This document shows, piece by piece, positions 23,699 through 34,480 of a stretch of 39,682 nucleotides of DNA. Source of the stretch: a virus (Duplodnaviria > Caudoviricetes). Positions within the stretch are counted from its first letter, which is position 1, and each line of letters opens with the position of its first letter. The notes below the pieces were generated by a model. The model was not told the origin of the DNA, did not search any database, and saw only the letters and a list, made by a program, of their open reading frames with translations. Position numbers and translations under genes: made by a program. Where the stretch lies: positions 1-39,682 of IMG/VR virus record IMGVR_UViG_3300027790_000014; one strand, written 5' to 3'.

Positions 23699-26600
23699 TA
23701 GTCTTTACCTCCAAAAACATTAACTGTAACGATGTTAGAGTCTACGTCGCTGCCCGTCGATGTACTTTTGACCTTGACGTCCACGTAGTTCCTTGATCTT
23801 ACGGTATTAGCAATACCAAACGTTGTAGTTTCGATTGCAGCTCCCGTAGGAGTAGCGGCGTCGTTATCCATAGGCGTTTCGTAGACAACACGGTAAAACC
23901 CAGCACCTAAATCGACAATATCAGAAACGTTATAAGAGCTACGTATCAACGGCGGGTTTTGGGCCCCATCAAAGTTCACCCAAGCAGTAGCTACTTGAGG
24001 ATTCTCAATCTCACCACGAACAATCAAATCACCATGCACCTCTTCATCAATTACTTTCCTCTTAGCAGGAGTGTAATTAACAAGAGTCTCAGCAACGATG
24101 TCACCATCACCGTCAGTACGGAATTCACCAAGATAGACACGGGAGATAGGAGATCCAGCACTGTCATACATCTTCCCATCTACTACATCGTAGCGATCAG
24201 AAGGAGTGATGGTGTTAAGTTCTAGCTGGTTAATAGAGGTGTAAGTAGCATCGCCATTATTCGCAGTGATATTGATACGATGGCACAAATAGGCTGTAGT
24301 GTTCGCAGACGTATCTTGCAGATCTCCCCAAAGGTTAGTGCCATTCCCAGAGTAATCTGCTGAAGTATAGGAACTGTCAATAGCAGTCCAGTTTAGACCG
24401 TCATTACTACCTTCAATAGTAAATCTACGTGGGGACTCTGTAGTATCATTTACTTCACGTAGCCTCCAAGATTTAAGAACTCTAGGCTCTGAGAACTTAT
24501 ATTGTAGCCAGCTTGTAGTAGGTGTAGATGCAGCCCAATAAGTAGAGGGAAGAATATCATTAGGGCGCGCTGAGAACGCTCCCCACGCTACTTGAGAACC
24601 TGTTTCCTCACTAGCACTAGCAACACCTGTACTACTTTCATAGTCAAAATGTCTAGCAGTGGTTCGGAGATTTACATCCCCTCCAAGAGGACTCTGAACA
24701 CCAAAGTAATCCTGCTCCTCAAGAGGACGATACTCAGTGACTCCATAAGCACCAGCTTTATCCTTGTAGAGATAGAGCTTCTTATTCTCATTACTTACTG
24801 GAACAGTGAAAGTAGTAGATGCCCCAACTTGCTCCTGAGTATTCACTTCACCATTGGAATTGAAACCTTCAGCGAAAGAGATAAGAGTGTCTTGATTAAT
24901 AGTTACTTCATTTGCAGCAGTGGCGTAATCGTATTGAGCGAACACTCGGTTACCCGCTGTACCAGTTTCAGCAATAGCTAGGAATAGGTACTCATCATTG
25001 AGAGCGTTGTAGCCCGTCCCAGTAGTGTTGACAATGAATCCATCTTCTGCGGTAAGGATGCTAGTAACTACAGATTCAGCAAAGTTAAGATCCGCATATA
25101 ATTCGTTAGCGACTCCTCTAGCTGTATCTACAATAAACCAACTACCTGCCTGACTAAGACGCTTACCTACGATCCAAGCAGGCTTAAACCCATCACCTTT
25201 ACCGGGTTCTGACTCAGTGGATACATAGTTACCAGCAGCGCCAGTACCAATATACTTACCTACCTTGATTAGACCGGGAGTATTGGCGAAGTGGTAAGAT
25301 ACCATAGCATCTGAAGGACTGTTGATGCTATTAAAAGTGTTCAAAGAAATAGATGTGTTAGTACTCAATATACCTGATATAGCAGCAGAAGCACCTGTCA
25401 GGTTCAAATCAAGTCTTTCAGAATAGTCACCGAAGACGACAGGCCAATCAGTGACTATGTCTCTGTTCTTAAAGATACTCAGGTCAGGGGCTCTACCTAA
25501 GTGGTGAGGAATTTCATGCCCCGCAACGCCATCACCTACATAACCAACAATGCTAAATCCCATATCAGGGTTGAAGTGACAGGTGTAGGCTTTGTTTCTG
25601 TTAGTTAGACCAGTAGCAATCTTAGTAGTCTGGAAACACCAAGCGGCGTAGTCACGGCCACTCGTATTGTAGCCAGTGCTACTGCCTACATTGAAACCCG
25701 ATGCTGTTACGCTTGCGATACCTGTGCCGCCTGCTAGAGCTTCTGCTGCTGTAGTGTCGCTTGATAAAAAAGCGTCGAAGTTACTTCTTACAGAGTCTTG
25801 TAAGAAATGACTATTCAACGCATCTCTATCTTTAATCCAAATAAGCCCGCCGAAATCAGCGCTGAACATATCTACCCCCGTAGGGATAGTCTGGCTCGTG
25901 CCATTACCTAGATAGCTAAGGATACCTACACCATTCCTAGAAGCTTCTCCCTGACTCAGAGGGTCTTGGTTAAGTACTTGGTTACGAGATGCGGAAGCAA
26001 TTTGTTGCGTAGCACCCACACTAGCAGCGGCTTCACCAGCCCAAGTTTTCGCGGATTTGCTGCCGGGGCCACCGGGTTCAGTGGGTGACTCTGCCCAATC
26101 TTCAGCGGTCTGAGCACTGGCAGCAGCTGCTGTTACATCGAGACCAGTTTGAACGCGATCAGCAGCCGTGGCAACAGCATCGGCGGCAGTATCAGCGGCA
26201 TCAGAAGCAGCCGCCGCCGCACTGGCAGCAGCATTAGTTTCACTGGCAGCGGCGTTGGTCTCGCTAGTAGAAGCAGCGGACGCACTGGCAGCGGCGTTGG
26301 TTTCGGATATGGCTGCCGCGTCACGGGCTGCTTCTGCTTGTAACGCAAATACCTCAGCATCACCTACATTAGGTGGCCAAGGAGTCCAATTAGTACCGGG
26401 ATCAGATGATGGGTTATTGCCTTGGTTATCTACTACTTGAGATTCCCAATATAGATCATTGTCGCGTACGATATCAGCAACATCATAAAAAGCGTCATTG
26501 TTCCAATCAGCACCAAAGGTCTGTCCAGAACCGCCGCCAACAGGATCACGTGATAAAATTTGTACATCATCAGAATCAGTCAATATAACACGATAAGAGC

Positions 26601-26799
26601 CAGAGCCAAAAACATTAGGACAACGGCCATCGCCGTTCAGAATCACGGGATTAGAATTAGCGATGGTCTCGTTAACATCGGCATATGTGTTTTTAAGAAC
26701 TGTACTACTACCTGATTCATAAAAATACAGTTTACCACTGATGAGAGGGTCACCAGCAGGATCGAAAAATTGTTCGAAAGCATTGATTAATCGAGCCAT
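23698..26799 (-). CDS. Tailspike or tail fibre (receptor-binding protein)
   Basis: 1033 aa. N-terminal particle-binding domain (FFDPAGDPLISGKLYFYESG..NPVILNGDGR), Ala-rich linker, YxGxG repeats, discoidin-like SPRRFTIEGSNDG domain and AWVNFDG C-terminal domain. Confidence 0.85.
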   Translation of the reverse strand: MARLINAFEQFFDPAGDPLISGKLYFYESGSSTVLKNTYADVNETIANSNPVILNGDGRCPNVFGSGSYRVILTDSDDVQILSRDPVGGGSGQTFGADWNNDAFYDVADIVRDNDLYWESQVVDNQGNNPSSDPGTNWTPWPPNVGDAEVFALQAEAARDAAAISETNAAASASAASTSETNAAASETNAAASAAAAASDAADTAADAVATAADRVQTGLDVTAAAASAQTAEDWAESPTEPGGPGSKSAKTWAGEAAASVGATQQIASASRNQVLNQDPLSQGEASRNGVGILSYLGNGTSQTIPTGVDMFSADFGGLIWIKDRDALNSHFLQDSVRSNFDAFLSSDTTAAEALAGGTGIASVTASGFNVGSSTGYNTSGRDYAAWCFQTTKIATGLTNRNKAYTCHFNPDMGFSIVGYVGDGVAGHEIPHHLGRAPDLSIFKNRDIVTDWPVVFGDYSERLDLNLTGASAAISGILSTNTSISLNTFNSINSPSDAMVSYHFANTPGLIKVGKYIGTGAAGNYVSTESEPGKGDGFKPAWIVGKRLSQAGSWFIVDTARGVANELYADLNFAESVVTSILTAEDGFIVNTTGTGYNALNDEYLFLAIAETGTAGNRVFAQYDYATAANEVTINQDTLISFAEGFNSNGEVNTQEQVGASTTFTVPVSNENKKLYLYKDKAGAYGVTEYRPLEEQDYFGVQSPLGGDVNLRTTARHFDYESSTGVASASEETGSQVAWGAFSARPNDILPSTYWAASTPTTSWLQYKFSEPRVLKSWRLREVNDTTESPRRFTIEGSNDGLNWTAIDSSYTSADYSGNGTNLWGDLQDTSANTTAYLCHRINITANNGDATYTSINQLELNTITPSDRYDVVDGKMYDSAGSPISRVYLGEFRTDGDGDIVAETLVNYTPAKRKVIDEEVHGDLIVRGEIENPQVATAWVNFDGAQNPPLIRSSYNVSDIVDLGAGFYRVVYETPMDNDAATPTGAAIETTTFGIANTVRSRNYVDVKVKSTSTGSDVDSNIVTVNVFGGKD

Positions 26800-26804
26800 T
26801 GTTA

Positions 26805-29027
26805 TTACCTTGTTTTTAACAGTTCTTCGATGGATTTAATAGCAGCGTCTTCATTGATACCACGGGCGCGTTCTAAAGCTTCGCCAGCAGCACCTACAGC
26901 ACGTTCTGTAATACCTTGATCTTGGGCCACCTCAGCACCGGTACGGACGGCTTGCTCAATTTGTCCTTTAAATGAAGTACGAGCAGCAGCACCGAACATG
27001 CGGTCTAGTTCATCGGCAAATAGAACTTGGGTTGTGATGTCATCTTCAAATTTACCACCAGTTTTCTTGGCTACTTTTTCAATTTCATCAATGGCACTGA
27101 CCATATTGGCACGGGATTGCGTATTGCTAAGTAGTCGACGCAATGAAGTACCAACAGCTTTATCGGCATTAGGACCAAAGAAATCAAGTTTAGTACCGGC
27201 TGATGCCTGTAGCGAATCAAGAGCATTGATGGTTTCAGAGAAAGTAGTATTGGCTTTCTCATAGTCAGCAAAATTAGCATCAAGTACGTTATCTAGGCCA
27301 GTACGTAATTGTTTTAGAACACGCTCAGATTTACCGGACAGACCTCGAACTTGCTTGCCGAAGGTTACTTGTTCATCGATAAATTTCTTCAGGCGGTGAC
27401 CTTCGAAAGCGTCCGGGAGTCGTTTAGCTGTTCGCACAGGCTCGAATTCACTTAAAACTTGCCGCTGTAGCCCCCCCATCCCGACCAATTCTGATGTGGC
27501 AGTTGCAGTCTTAGTTCCTTTTTTAAAATCCCCCGGCTTCAGGATAAATTCCATAATTCTCTCTTCAGGGTCCCATCCTATCAATGAGGGATGCACGAAT
27601 TCATCCCCCATCGGTAAAATTTTAGTTCCTTTGGGGAGAACAACTTCTTCCACATTACTGGAAAATCTAGCAGCTACTTCAGGATCTGGTGTCACTGAAG
27701 TTATGGTTTTTCCGGTCTCAGGATTGGCCGCCCCCCTATATACTTTGGTGGGTCTATCTAGAGTAATGCCCTTATCATTTATAGCTTTCACTATATCATC
27801 AAACTGATTCTTTAGATGGTCGGGCAGCTTTCTTCCAGTAGCCAGAAATTCATTGATATCCGGACTTTCAACATAGTCGATTATGGATTTCATTTGTCTA
27901 CTTGATAATCCATCGATGCTTTGGTTAGGTATATCCAATGAAACAGCTTGACTTACCGAGGGTTTGGGTGTCAGTTTACTGATTCTACCTAAAACATTTT
28001 TAATAGCTTTTTCAGCTCCCTTAACGCCTTCAATATCAGAACCTTCAAAAGCCGCTTTAAAATTTCCGTTGTCTAGACGTTCAACAGTTATTCCCATTTC
28101 ATCTAATTGACCAAGAAAATCATCCACTGCTGGTGAAAAATCAGCCTGTTTTCCCTTTAAATCTTGAGCAGCTTTGTTGACAGCAGCGCCTGCTTCCTTA
28201 TTCACTTTCTTAATGTGATTAACGCGTTCAAGTAATGTTTGGCCAGCGATATCAGACGGACGATTCTTAGAAGCGAACAGCGCGTTTTCACGGCCACGCT
28301 TAAGAATGTCTACCATCCCTTGCATTTTGCGCTTATCGCGTTTAGTAGCAGCTTTAGTAGCAGCAATTACACCCCGGTCAAATCCTTGGCGTAACGTTTC
28401 CATTGCTTGAGGACTTTTAGCCACTTTACCGGTTTCATCACGGATGAATTCAGCTAATTTTTTATTGGCAGGATCAGCAGCTAATGTTTCAGCGATTTTT
28501 TGCTTGGCTGGACTTTGCGCAGTGAAAGATCTTGCTATATCATCAACTGCACCAGTTGCTCCAGTCTTAGCGGCAACTCCTATTGGGGCAGCTGGAGTAG
28601 TGAATTCACCTAAAAGGCCCAATGCTTGACGTAGATTAGGATCTTGGACAAATCCACCGCCAGCACCTGCCTTACCTATAGCAGATCCTTTCAAAGTAGG
28701 AACACGAAGATCAGAACCAGCCAATTGTAAAGCGGCATTAGCAATATCAGCCGGAATATCGGCTACAGATAGAGCACCACGGTTGAATCCCGCAATCACT
28801 TCTAAGGCAGCTTTACGAGCCAGATCAAGATTAACAGGATCAGAAATAAGTCTATCGGCTTGATTACCACTTTGAAGTGAGCCATCGCCATTGGCAGTAG
28901 CAGTAGTAGATACTCCATTTTGAACACCTGCAAAAATTTGTTCCAATTCCGCTTCAGTGGGTGGAGAATCGCCGGTAATTTCGACGATTTTACCACTTTC
29001 TGGATCTGTAATTTCAAATGTAGGCAT
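26805..29027 (-). CDS. Large ejection (DNA transfer) protein with an internal ADP-ribosyltransferase-like domain
   Basis: Occupies the P22 gp16 position and is helical and Ala/Gly-rich. Internal DYV..DINEFL..KVYRG..TSVT..VAARF..LPKGTK..MEFIL segment. Confidence 0.7.
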   Translation of the reverse strand: MPTFEITDPESGKIVEITGDSPPTEAELEQIFAGVQNGVSTTATANGDGSLQSGNQADRLISDPVNLDLARKAALEVIAGFNRGALSVADIPADIANAALQLAGSDLRVPTLKGSAIGKAGAGGGFVQDPNLRQALGLLGEFTTPAAPIGVAAKTGATGAVDDIARSFTAQSPAKQKIAETLAADPANKKLAEFIRDETGKVAKSPQAMETLRQGFDRGVIAATKAATKRDKRKMQGMVDILKRGRENALFASKNRPSDIAGQTLLERVNHIKKVNKEAGAAVNKAAQDLKGKQADFSPAVDDFLGQLDEMGITVERLDNGNFKAAFEGSDIEGVKGAEKAIKNVLGRISKLTPKPSVSQAVSLDIPNQSIDGLSSRQMKSIIDYVESPDINEFLATGRKLPDHLKNQFDDIVKAINDKGITLDRPTKVYRGAANPETGKTITSVTPDPEVAARFSSNVEEVVLPKGTKILPMGDEFVHPSLIGWDPEERIMEFILKPGDFKKGTKTATATSELVGMGGLQRQVLSEFEPVRTAKRLPDAFEGHRLKKFIDEQVTFGKQVRGLSGKSERVLKQLRTGLDNVLDANFADYEKANTTFSETINALDSLQASAGTKLDFFGPNADKAVGTSLRRLLSNTQSRANMVSAIDEIEKVAKKTGGKFEDDITTQVLFADELDRMFGAAARTSFKGQIEQAVRTGAEVAQDQGITERAVGAAGEALERARGINEDAAIKSIEELLKTR

Positions 29028-30082
29028 TATTTTGTCCTTACTTGAAAACGTCCTATTTGTTGTACTTGGCCGGTATTATTGCCGTCACCATTTTCAAATG
29101 TCTTAGGTAATCTTGCCAATGTTTTACGGCGAATGGCAGGTGGTAAATGTTCATCGAAAGTATCTAGAAAACCAACTACCTCCCGATTACTATCAGTAAC
29201 AGCCTGATTAGCGATTCTTTTAGCAGTGGCAGTCATTTCATTGAATACTTCGGGAGGAAGAGCGCCCTCGCCTTGGATTCTATTAACGAATCCGATTAAC
29301 TGATCTGAAATACCACCAGTAGCACGGGCCTGCTCTTGTTCGCCTTCACGCACGACTGATGTGGGATCAAGCGCTTTCATGAAAGTGAAAATCGCAGCCA
29401 ACTGATCAGTAGCGGTTTTGGTCTCACCGATTTTTTCTAATCGAGCAGCAGCATTGCGAATTTTCTTAGGTTCAGCGATCAATTTTTCTACATCACTTTG
29501 GATATTACGCAATTCACTTAATTTGAGATCAGGCTTTTCTGCCAGCCCCTCTAGCTTTTTCCGTGCTTGGGCTGTCTCCACTTTTATTTTATCAGTCTCA
29601 GCTTCAATTTTCTTGGTTTCAGCGATTTCCTTTTCAGTCAATTGCTTACTACCATCAACTGCTGCCGTGAATGATTGTAGTTCTTTAATGGCCTCAGCCG
29701 GATTGACCATCGCTAATTGTCTAATTCGACGGGTTTGAGTAGGATCGCCACCACGGGCCATAATTTGCTGGATACGCTGATCAGCGAAAGTTATAAACCC
29801 TTGCGGGTTAGACTGAAGCAGATTTTGCCCGATACGGGCATCACGAATAAATTCGTCAATATCCTTCGCGTCCTTAGCCCGGATCGACTCTCCTATTTGA
29901 AGGGCAATAGCTGGCTCTATACCGGCCAATTCTTTCAAAGCGCCTTCTTGGCCAGCGAAAGCCTGTCCTGATAATTCGCGAATATCAGATTGGCGTTGCT
30001 GTTCGCGACCACGTTCAAAAGCACCAAGAACATCAGGTGCTCTCTGTGATAGAATGGCTTGTGCTACTACTGGGGATACCAT
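29027..30082 (-). CDS. Ejection protein (gp20-like position)
   Basis: 351 aa, helical, with an FMKALDPTSVVREGE motif. Confidence 0.7.
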   Translation of the reverse strand: MVSPVVAQAILSQRAPDVLGAFERGREQQRQSDIRELSGQAFAGQEGALKELAGIEPAIALQIGESIRAKDAKDIDEFIRDARIGQNLLQSNPQGFITFADQRIQQIMARGGDPTQTRRIRQLAMVNPAEAIKELQSFTAAVDGSKQLTEKEIAETKKIEAETDKIKVETAQARKKLEGLAEKPDLKLSELRNIQSDVEKLIAEPKKIRNAAARLEKIGETKTATDQLAAIFTFMKALDPTSVVREGEQEQARATGGISDQLIGFVNRIQGEGALPPEVFNEMTATAKRIANQAVTDSNREVVGFLDTFDEHLPPAIRRKTLARLPKTFENGDGNNTGQVQQIGRFQVRTK

Positions 30083-30091
30083 GTGGCCTCC

Positions 30092-30973
30092 TTATGCAAA
30101 TGGGTCTTGGAAAGCAGTTAACCCGAATTCGTCGATTCCAAATCCGGCTCGATCAAATCCGCCTAGATTAACGGCAGTGTTTATACCACTTTGAACCGGC
30201 TGAGACTGGAAGAATCGACCACCTAACCCAGCCAGTGCCTCGGTTAATTGGCCACGTTCATTAGCCGCCGCGATTCCTTGAAGACCGGATATATCAGCAC
30301 GTTGCTGAATACCAGAAATAACGGGAGCAGCGCCACCAATACGGATATTGGAAAGCTGTGTACCACGAGCGCCAAGAATCTGGGCCTGTCTGTTTCGCGC
30401 TGCTTCGTCTAGCTCCGACAATGTTGAACGTATTGTTCGAGCTTGCCCTGCCAAAGGCTCAAGTTCCGCAAGTCGTCTGGTGATGATATCGGCTTGCTGC
30501 CCTGCCGCCAGTTGTTGACCTGCTAAAAGAGAGGCTCCTGACACATCGCCGCTCGCAAATGCTTGGCGTTGCTGTTGGGCGAGTTGGCGGCGGTTCAATT
30601 CGCGTTGAAAATCAGAAACCGGAATTCCAGAAATAGCCTGTTCTTGGGCAGATTGCCCACTTAACCCTAAAATCGCGGCTTGTTCTTCAAAAGCACGGAG
30701 ATCATCAAATTGCTCTAATGGTTCCCGTTGAGCTTGACCGGCCAATTCGGCTAGACGCAATTGCTCTGCAGACCCTTCGCGCACCAAACGTAATGCTTCA
30801 GGAGTACGAGCCTTAATCAAAGCATCAATATCTTTAGGATTAAGAGTACTGGGATCAGTTCCGGGAGTTCCTATCCTGACAGCACCTAAAGCAGTTTGAA
30901 CATTAGGGTCAGCAGCGGGGATATTCAAGTTACTAAAATTGCTTAAATCTATATTACCAAGATTAATGGCCAT
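30092..30973 (-). CDS. Ejection protein (Ala/Gln/Gly-rich)
   Basis: Composition and synteny. Confidence 0.65.
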   Translation of the reverse strand: MAINLGNIDLSNFSNLNIPAADPNVQTALGAVRIGTPGTDPSTLNPKDIDALIKARTPEALRLVREGSAEQLRLAELAGQAQREPLEQFDDLRAFEEQAAILGLSGQSAQEQAISGIPVSDFQRELNRRQLAQQQRQAFASGDVSGASLLAGQQLAAGQQADIITRRLAELEPLAGQARTIRSTLSELDEAARNRQAQILGARGTQLSNIRIGGAAPVISGIQQRADISGLQGIAAANERGQLTEALAGLGGRFFQSQPVQSGINTAVNLGGFDRAGFGIDEFGLTAFQDPFA

Positions 30974-31674
30974 TATAAAATTCTCCCGGCCAACCCGGCC
31001 AATGATTCGGCTGCACTAGTTCTAAATTGTTGACCTGCTACATCACCAAGTAATCTGGCTTCACGAGCAGAACCACCAAGTTCTTGTAATTGACCACCAG
31101 TACCGACCAACAACGAAGCTCGTTGTGCCCCAGTACCACCGGCGATATCGGCTAGACTTTCAAGACCACGTGAACGGATAGCACCGATGTCACCCGCAGT
31201 CGCAATGCCTTGACCGCCAAGAGCAAGGAGCGATTGGTTAATATCAGGTGTGATACCACTAACAGCCAAGTCAGCTTGCCTAGCTAGTTCAGGTTGTATT
31301 CCTTCAGTAGCAAAAATACGAGGATCAACCCCGGCCAAAGCTGCTTCTCTCACAACATCAGCGATGCCACCTGAGATAGGAGCGCCGCCTAGAATTTGAT
31401 CGGTGGCTAATTGCTGAGCTTGAATGCCCGGTTCCAAGAATGGCTGTAGTCTAGATTCAGCCTCAGTAGTACCTAAAGCAATACGTTGAGCTGCTTCCTT
31501 TTGAGCCTGTAAAATGTCGAGTTCACCGGATCGAGTAGCAGTTTTTAACTGTTTAGCCGATTGGATCGCTGCACGTTCTTGATCTTTAGCAGCACTTTCA
31601 CGAGCCTTTTTGGCATCACGGGCTGATTTTACCGCAACTGCTGCTCCTACAACTGCTGATGTAACTGCCGCCAT
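30973..31674 (-). CDS. Ejection protein, P22 gp7-like
   Basis: Hydrophobic Ala/Gly N-terminus followed by KKARESAAKDQERAA and LQPF..G. Confidence 0.7.
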   Translation of the reverse strand: MAAVTSAVVGAAVAVKSARDAKKARESAAKDQERAAIQSAKQLKTATRSGELDILQAQKEAAQRIALGTTEAESRLQPFLEPGIQAQQLATDQILGGAPISGGIADVVREAALAGVDPRIFATEGIQPELARQADLAVSGITPDINQSLLALGGQGIATAGDIGAIRSRGLESLADIAGGTGAQRASLLVGTGGQLQELGGSAREARLLGDVAGQQFRTSAAESLAGLAGRIL

Positions 31675-32120
31675 TAGATTAGCCTCTTACCGTATGATTT
31701 TTCGTAAGGCTCATAGCCCATTTTTTCGTACATACCTTCAACAAAATCAGGCATCGATGAATACATGAACACCATGTTCCATTGAATACACCCAGCTTCT
31801 TTAGCCAGTTTTTCCATCTTCTTCAACAGTCCAATAGCATTGCGCCCGGATCGGTGTTCTTCATCTACCCACCATGCAATCTCAGTTCCGATGAAATAAT
31901 TAGGTGATGCCAGTAATGGTCCTTTAATACCACAGCAAAAACCACATACCCTACCATCAATATCGACAACAGCCATCATATTGTTATCAATACAATGTTC
32001 AGCCATCCCAGCTACCATGTTAGGGCAAAAAGGAGCATCAGGATATTTTGTATGCTTCCAGAATTCTTGGGCCATTCGAACAATAGATGGAATATCGTTA
32101 ATTTTGCCTTCTCTTATCAT
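31674..32120 (-). CDS. GNAT-fold acetyltransferase-like protein
   Basis: EIAWWVDEEHRSGRNAIGLL..AKEAGC..MYEKMGY. Confidence 0.8.
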   Translation of the reverse strand: MIREGKINDIPSIVRMAQEFWKHTKYPDAPFCPNMVAGMAEHCIDNNMMAVVDIDGRVCGFCCGIKGPLLASPNYFIGTEIAWWVDEEHRSGRNAIGLLKKMEKLAKEAGCIQWNMVFMYSSMPDFVEGMYEKMGYEPYEKSYGKRLI

Positions 32121-32695
32121 TGTTCTATGTCCAAAAATGCTGTTAATACCAGACGAGCTTTATTCCCTTGCCCATATCCGCCTGACGGCATCGCCATATG
32201 CATTAAATTTGCATCGAAAAGCAAAGCTCTGTTAGGCATCATATCACACATAACGTTTATCTGCCAAGCATCTAAGTCAGCATGATCTTCGTCCCATACT
32301 TTTTGCTGAAGGTCATTAATAGGATTTTTGTAAAGACCAGTTCTTTTATGGACTATGAATGCTGTGCCACCTAGACAATCTTCAAGACGATTGATATAAA
32401 GCATGAACCCGTAGCGACCCATAGCAATGTCGGTATGGGCTGGGTGAGGGACATTAACCCCTTCTGGACTCTGCCTGAGGAACATAGCATTTACCTTGAT
32501 ATTTTTGCCAAGTAACGCTTCGATCTTATCTATGATCTCATGTTTTACTGGAACAGGTATTTCATCAGTCACATTAGGGTAAAATACACCATCCTTTTCG
32601 TTAGTCATGCCACTGTAATCAAGTTCATCACAATGGCTTCTGAAAGAATCAAAGTGACTTAGAAAATTATCTTCAATTAAAAAATCAGGTTGCAT
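32117..32695 (-). CDS. 2OG-Fe(II) oxygenase superfamily protein
   Basis: IEDNFL, AHTD (HxD), GGTAF, PNRALLFDANLMH and ARLV. TAATG-coupled start at 32695. Confidence 0.75.
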   Translation of the reverse strand: MQPDFLIEDNFLSHFDSFRSHCDELDYSGMTNEKDGVFYPNVTDEIPVPVKHEIIDKIEALLGKNIKVNAMFLRQSPEGVNVPHPAHTDIAMGRYGFMLYINRLEDCLGGTAFIVHKRTGLYKNPINDLQQKVWDEDHADLDAWQINVMCDMMPNRALLFDANLMHMAMPSGGYGQGNKARLVLTAFLDIEQ

Positions 32696-32973
32696 TATGA
32701 CCTCTGTGCCCAACCAGTATCGCCGTCACCGGTTTCTTTGAAATAAATTCCGGTACCAACGGCAGCCGATGTATCTACATACCATCTACCAACAGATGCG
32801 ATGATATTGCCTTCAGGAGTACCCGACCCCGTTAATGGAGGCGTATTGTTGACCGCTTCTGTGATCTGAGCCATCCAATTATGAAACTCTTGAGTAGATA
32901 CCATGCCACCGATTATACCGGCTTCTTCGACTACCGGAAGACCAAAAGCAGGGACAATAATAGGATCAGCCAT
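32695..32973 (-). CDS. Small tail-associated protein
   Basis: GSGTPEG..VGRWYVD..YFKETGDGDTGW spike-type motif. Follows gp10. Confidence 0.65.
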   Translation of the reverse strand: MADPIIVPAFGLPVVEEAGIIGGMVSTQEFHNWMAQITEAVNNTPPLTGSGTPEGNIIASVGRWYVDTSAAVGTGIYFKETGDGDTGWAQRS

Positions 32974-34480
32974 TGATTCTGGCCTCCACTTTAACTAAAG
33001 TAACTTTAGTTGGGCTAGCTACCTCAAATCGAAGGATTCTGGATCGAGGGAATCTTCCTAATCTGTTCCATATAGGACGCCTGATATATTCGCCTATCTT
33101 ACCCATTGAACGACTCAATAGACCTTTGAAAGTACGTCCGCCATCATCAGACCATGACATAGTGATTTGAGGATCTGAGCCACCTTTGGCGGTAATAGGA
33201 ATTCCTAGTGAGGTAGAACCAGTTCTAACTGTCATATCTTCGGTTAAACCTATGCCGGATTCGACGACAGCTTCAACTTGATCTAGGAAAATAGGATGGC
33301 CACCATTATCAAAAGCTTTAGTAGTAACGATACGCCGGGATAAAAAGCCATAATCAAGATAAACATCTTCGTCAATAAATCCTACTTGGCCGTTTTGTAA
33401 ATCACCAACCATCACCCTATTATAGGCAGCAGTCATGGCCGCAACCCTATATTGCGTTAAACTGGACCCGTCCTTTTCTACTGATTGGCGTTCATGCCAT
33501 TTTTTAGTTACCAAATCGTAAACATACGTGGTGTCAGGGAATGACATTCCATAGAAAAAATGACCAGATTCAGCGTAATACCAACTGAAAAGATCAGATA
33601 CTTCATCTTCTGTTAATTTTGATAATTCGTTATCGAGTGCTGGAGTGGAAATCTTTGTTTTATTACCGCCGATTAATAACCAAACAGAGGGTGTTTCGTT
33701 AAAAGTAGACCCTACGAAAATAAGGCCCCCGCTAACCCGTTGAATAGTCTGAGGTGATTTGCAACCTACATCAACAACACCGCCCGATAGACCAATGAAA
33801 GGAGCAGGTGATCTGCCGGTGTTACGGAATATCTGAGTGGTTTCAGACCCAAAAACATATAACTGAGATCTTGACTTCCCTAACGCAGCTATATCATCTG
33901 GATCAGCTTCGGCTTGTGAGAAATCAAGGGCATCATAAGCAACTCCACCGGGCAACCCGCGACCATCTTTCAATGGACTATTGAAAAATTTAGTTCCATC
34001 TTTTTTGGCGAAAACAAAAAATCCATCGATATAAACTACATGCGAAGCCGGACCATCAAAATTAACATCTGTTACTTCAGCAAGAGAGGCAGAATCTACA
34101 TCATAGATATAAGTTTTATCTGCATCAGGAGATACAATGGCTAATTGATCACCATTATCATCTATAATTACTCGGTCGGTTCCTTCAATAGTACCAATGA
34201 GAGCGCTGGTAAAAGTGGTGCCATCAAAATCAATGCGGTGTAATTTCTGGCCAATAATAACATAAGGCTTATCCCTAAGTGTGTGAGCGCCCCGGCAGAT
34301 ATCCCGAAGGTTAGTCAAATCGATTGCTTCACTCAGGCCGGGAGTATTGAACAAGTTGGCCTGAGTCACTGAATCAGTTTCAGGAAAGTTAGGATAGAAG
34401 TTAATGCATCTTTGCGCAGAAATAGGAAGCGCGTCCGATACGTAAAATCCATCCGTTATTGGGATATCTACATCAGGCAT
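32966..34480 (-). CDS. Tail hub / DNA stabilization protein, P22 gp10-like
   Basis: 504 aa, beta-rich. AQRCINFYP..TPGL, AEADPD and SWSDDGGRTF..MGKIGEY..WNRLG. Confidence 0.88.
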   Translation of the reverse strand: MPDVDIPITDGFYVSDALPISAQRCINFYPNFPETDSVTQANLFNTPGLSEAIDLTNLRDICRGAHTLRDKPYVIIGQKLHRIDFDGTTFTSALIGTIEGTDRVIIDDNGDQLAIVSPDADKTYIYDVDSASLAEVTDVNFDGPASHVVYIDGFFVFAKKDGTKFFNSPLKDGRGLPGGVAYDALDFSQAEADPDDIAALGKSRSQLYVFGSETTQIFRNTGRSPAPFIGLSGGVVDVGCKSPQTIQRVSGGLIFVGSTFNETPSVWLLIGGNKTKISTPALDNELSKLTEDEVSDLFSWYYAESGHFFYGMSFPDTTYVYDLVTKKWHERQSVEKDGSSLTQYRVAAMTAAYNRVMVGDLQNGQVGFIDEDVYLDYGFLSRRIVTTKAFDNGGHPIFLDQVEAVVESGIGLTEDMTVRTGSTSLGIPITAKGGSDPQITMSWSDDGGRTFKGLLSRSMGKIGEYIRRPIWNRLGRFPRSRILRFEVASPTKVTLVKVEARING

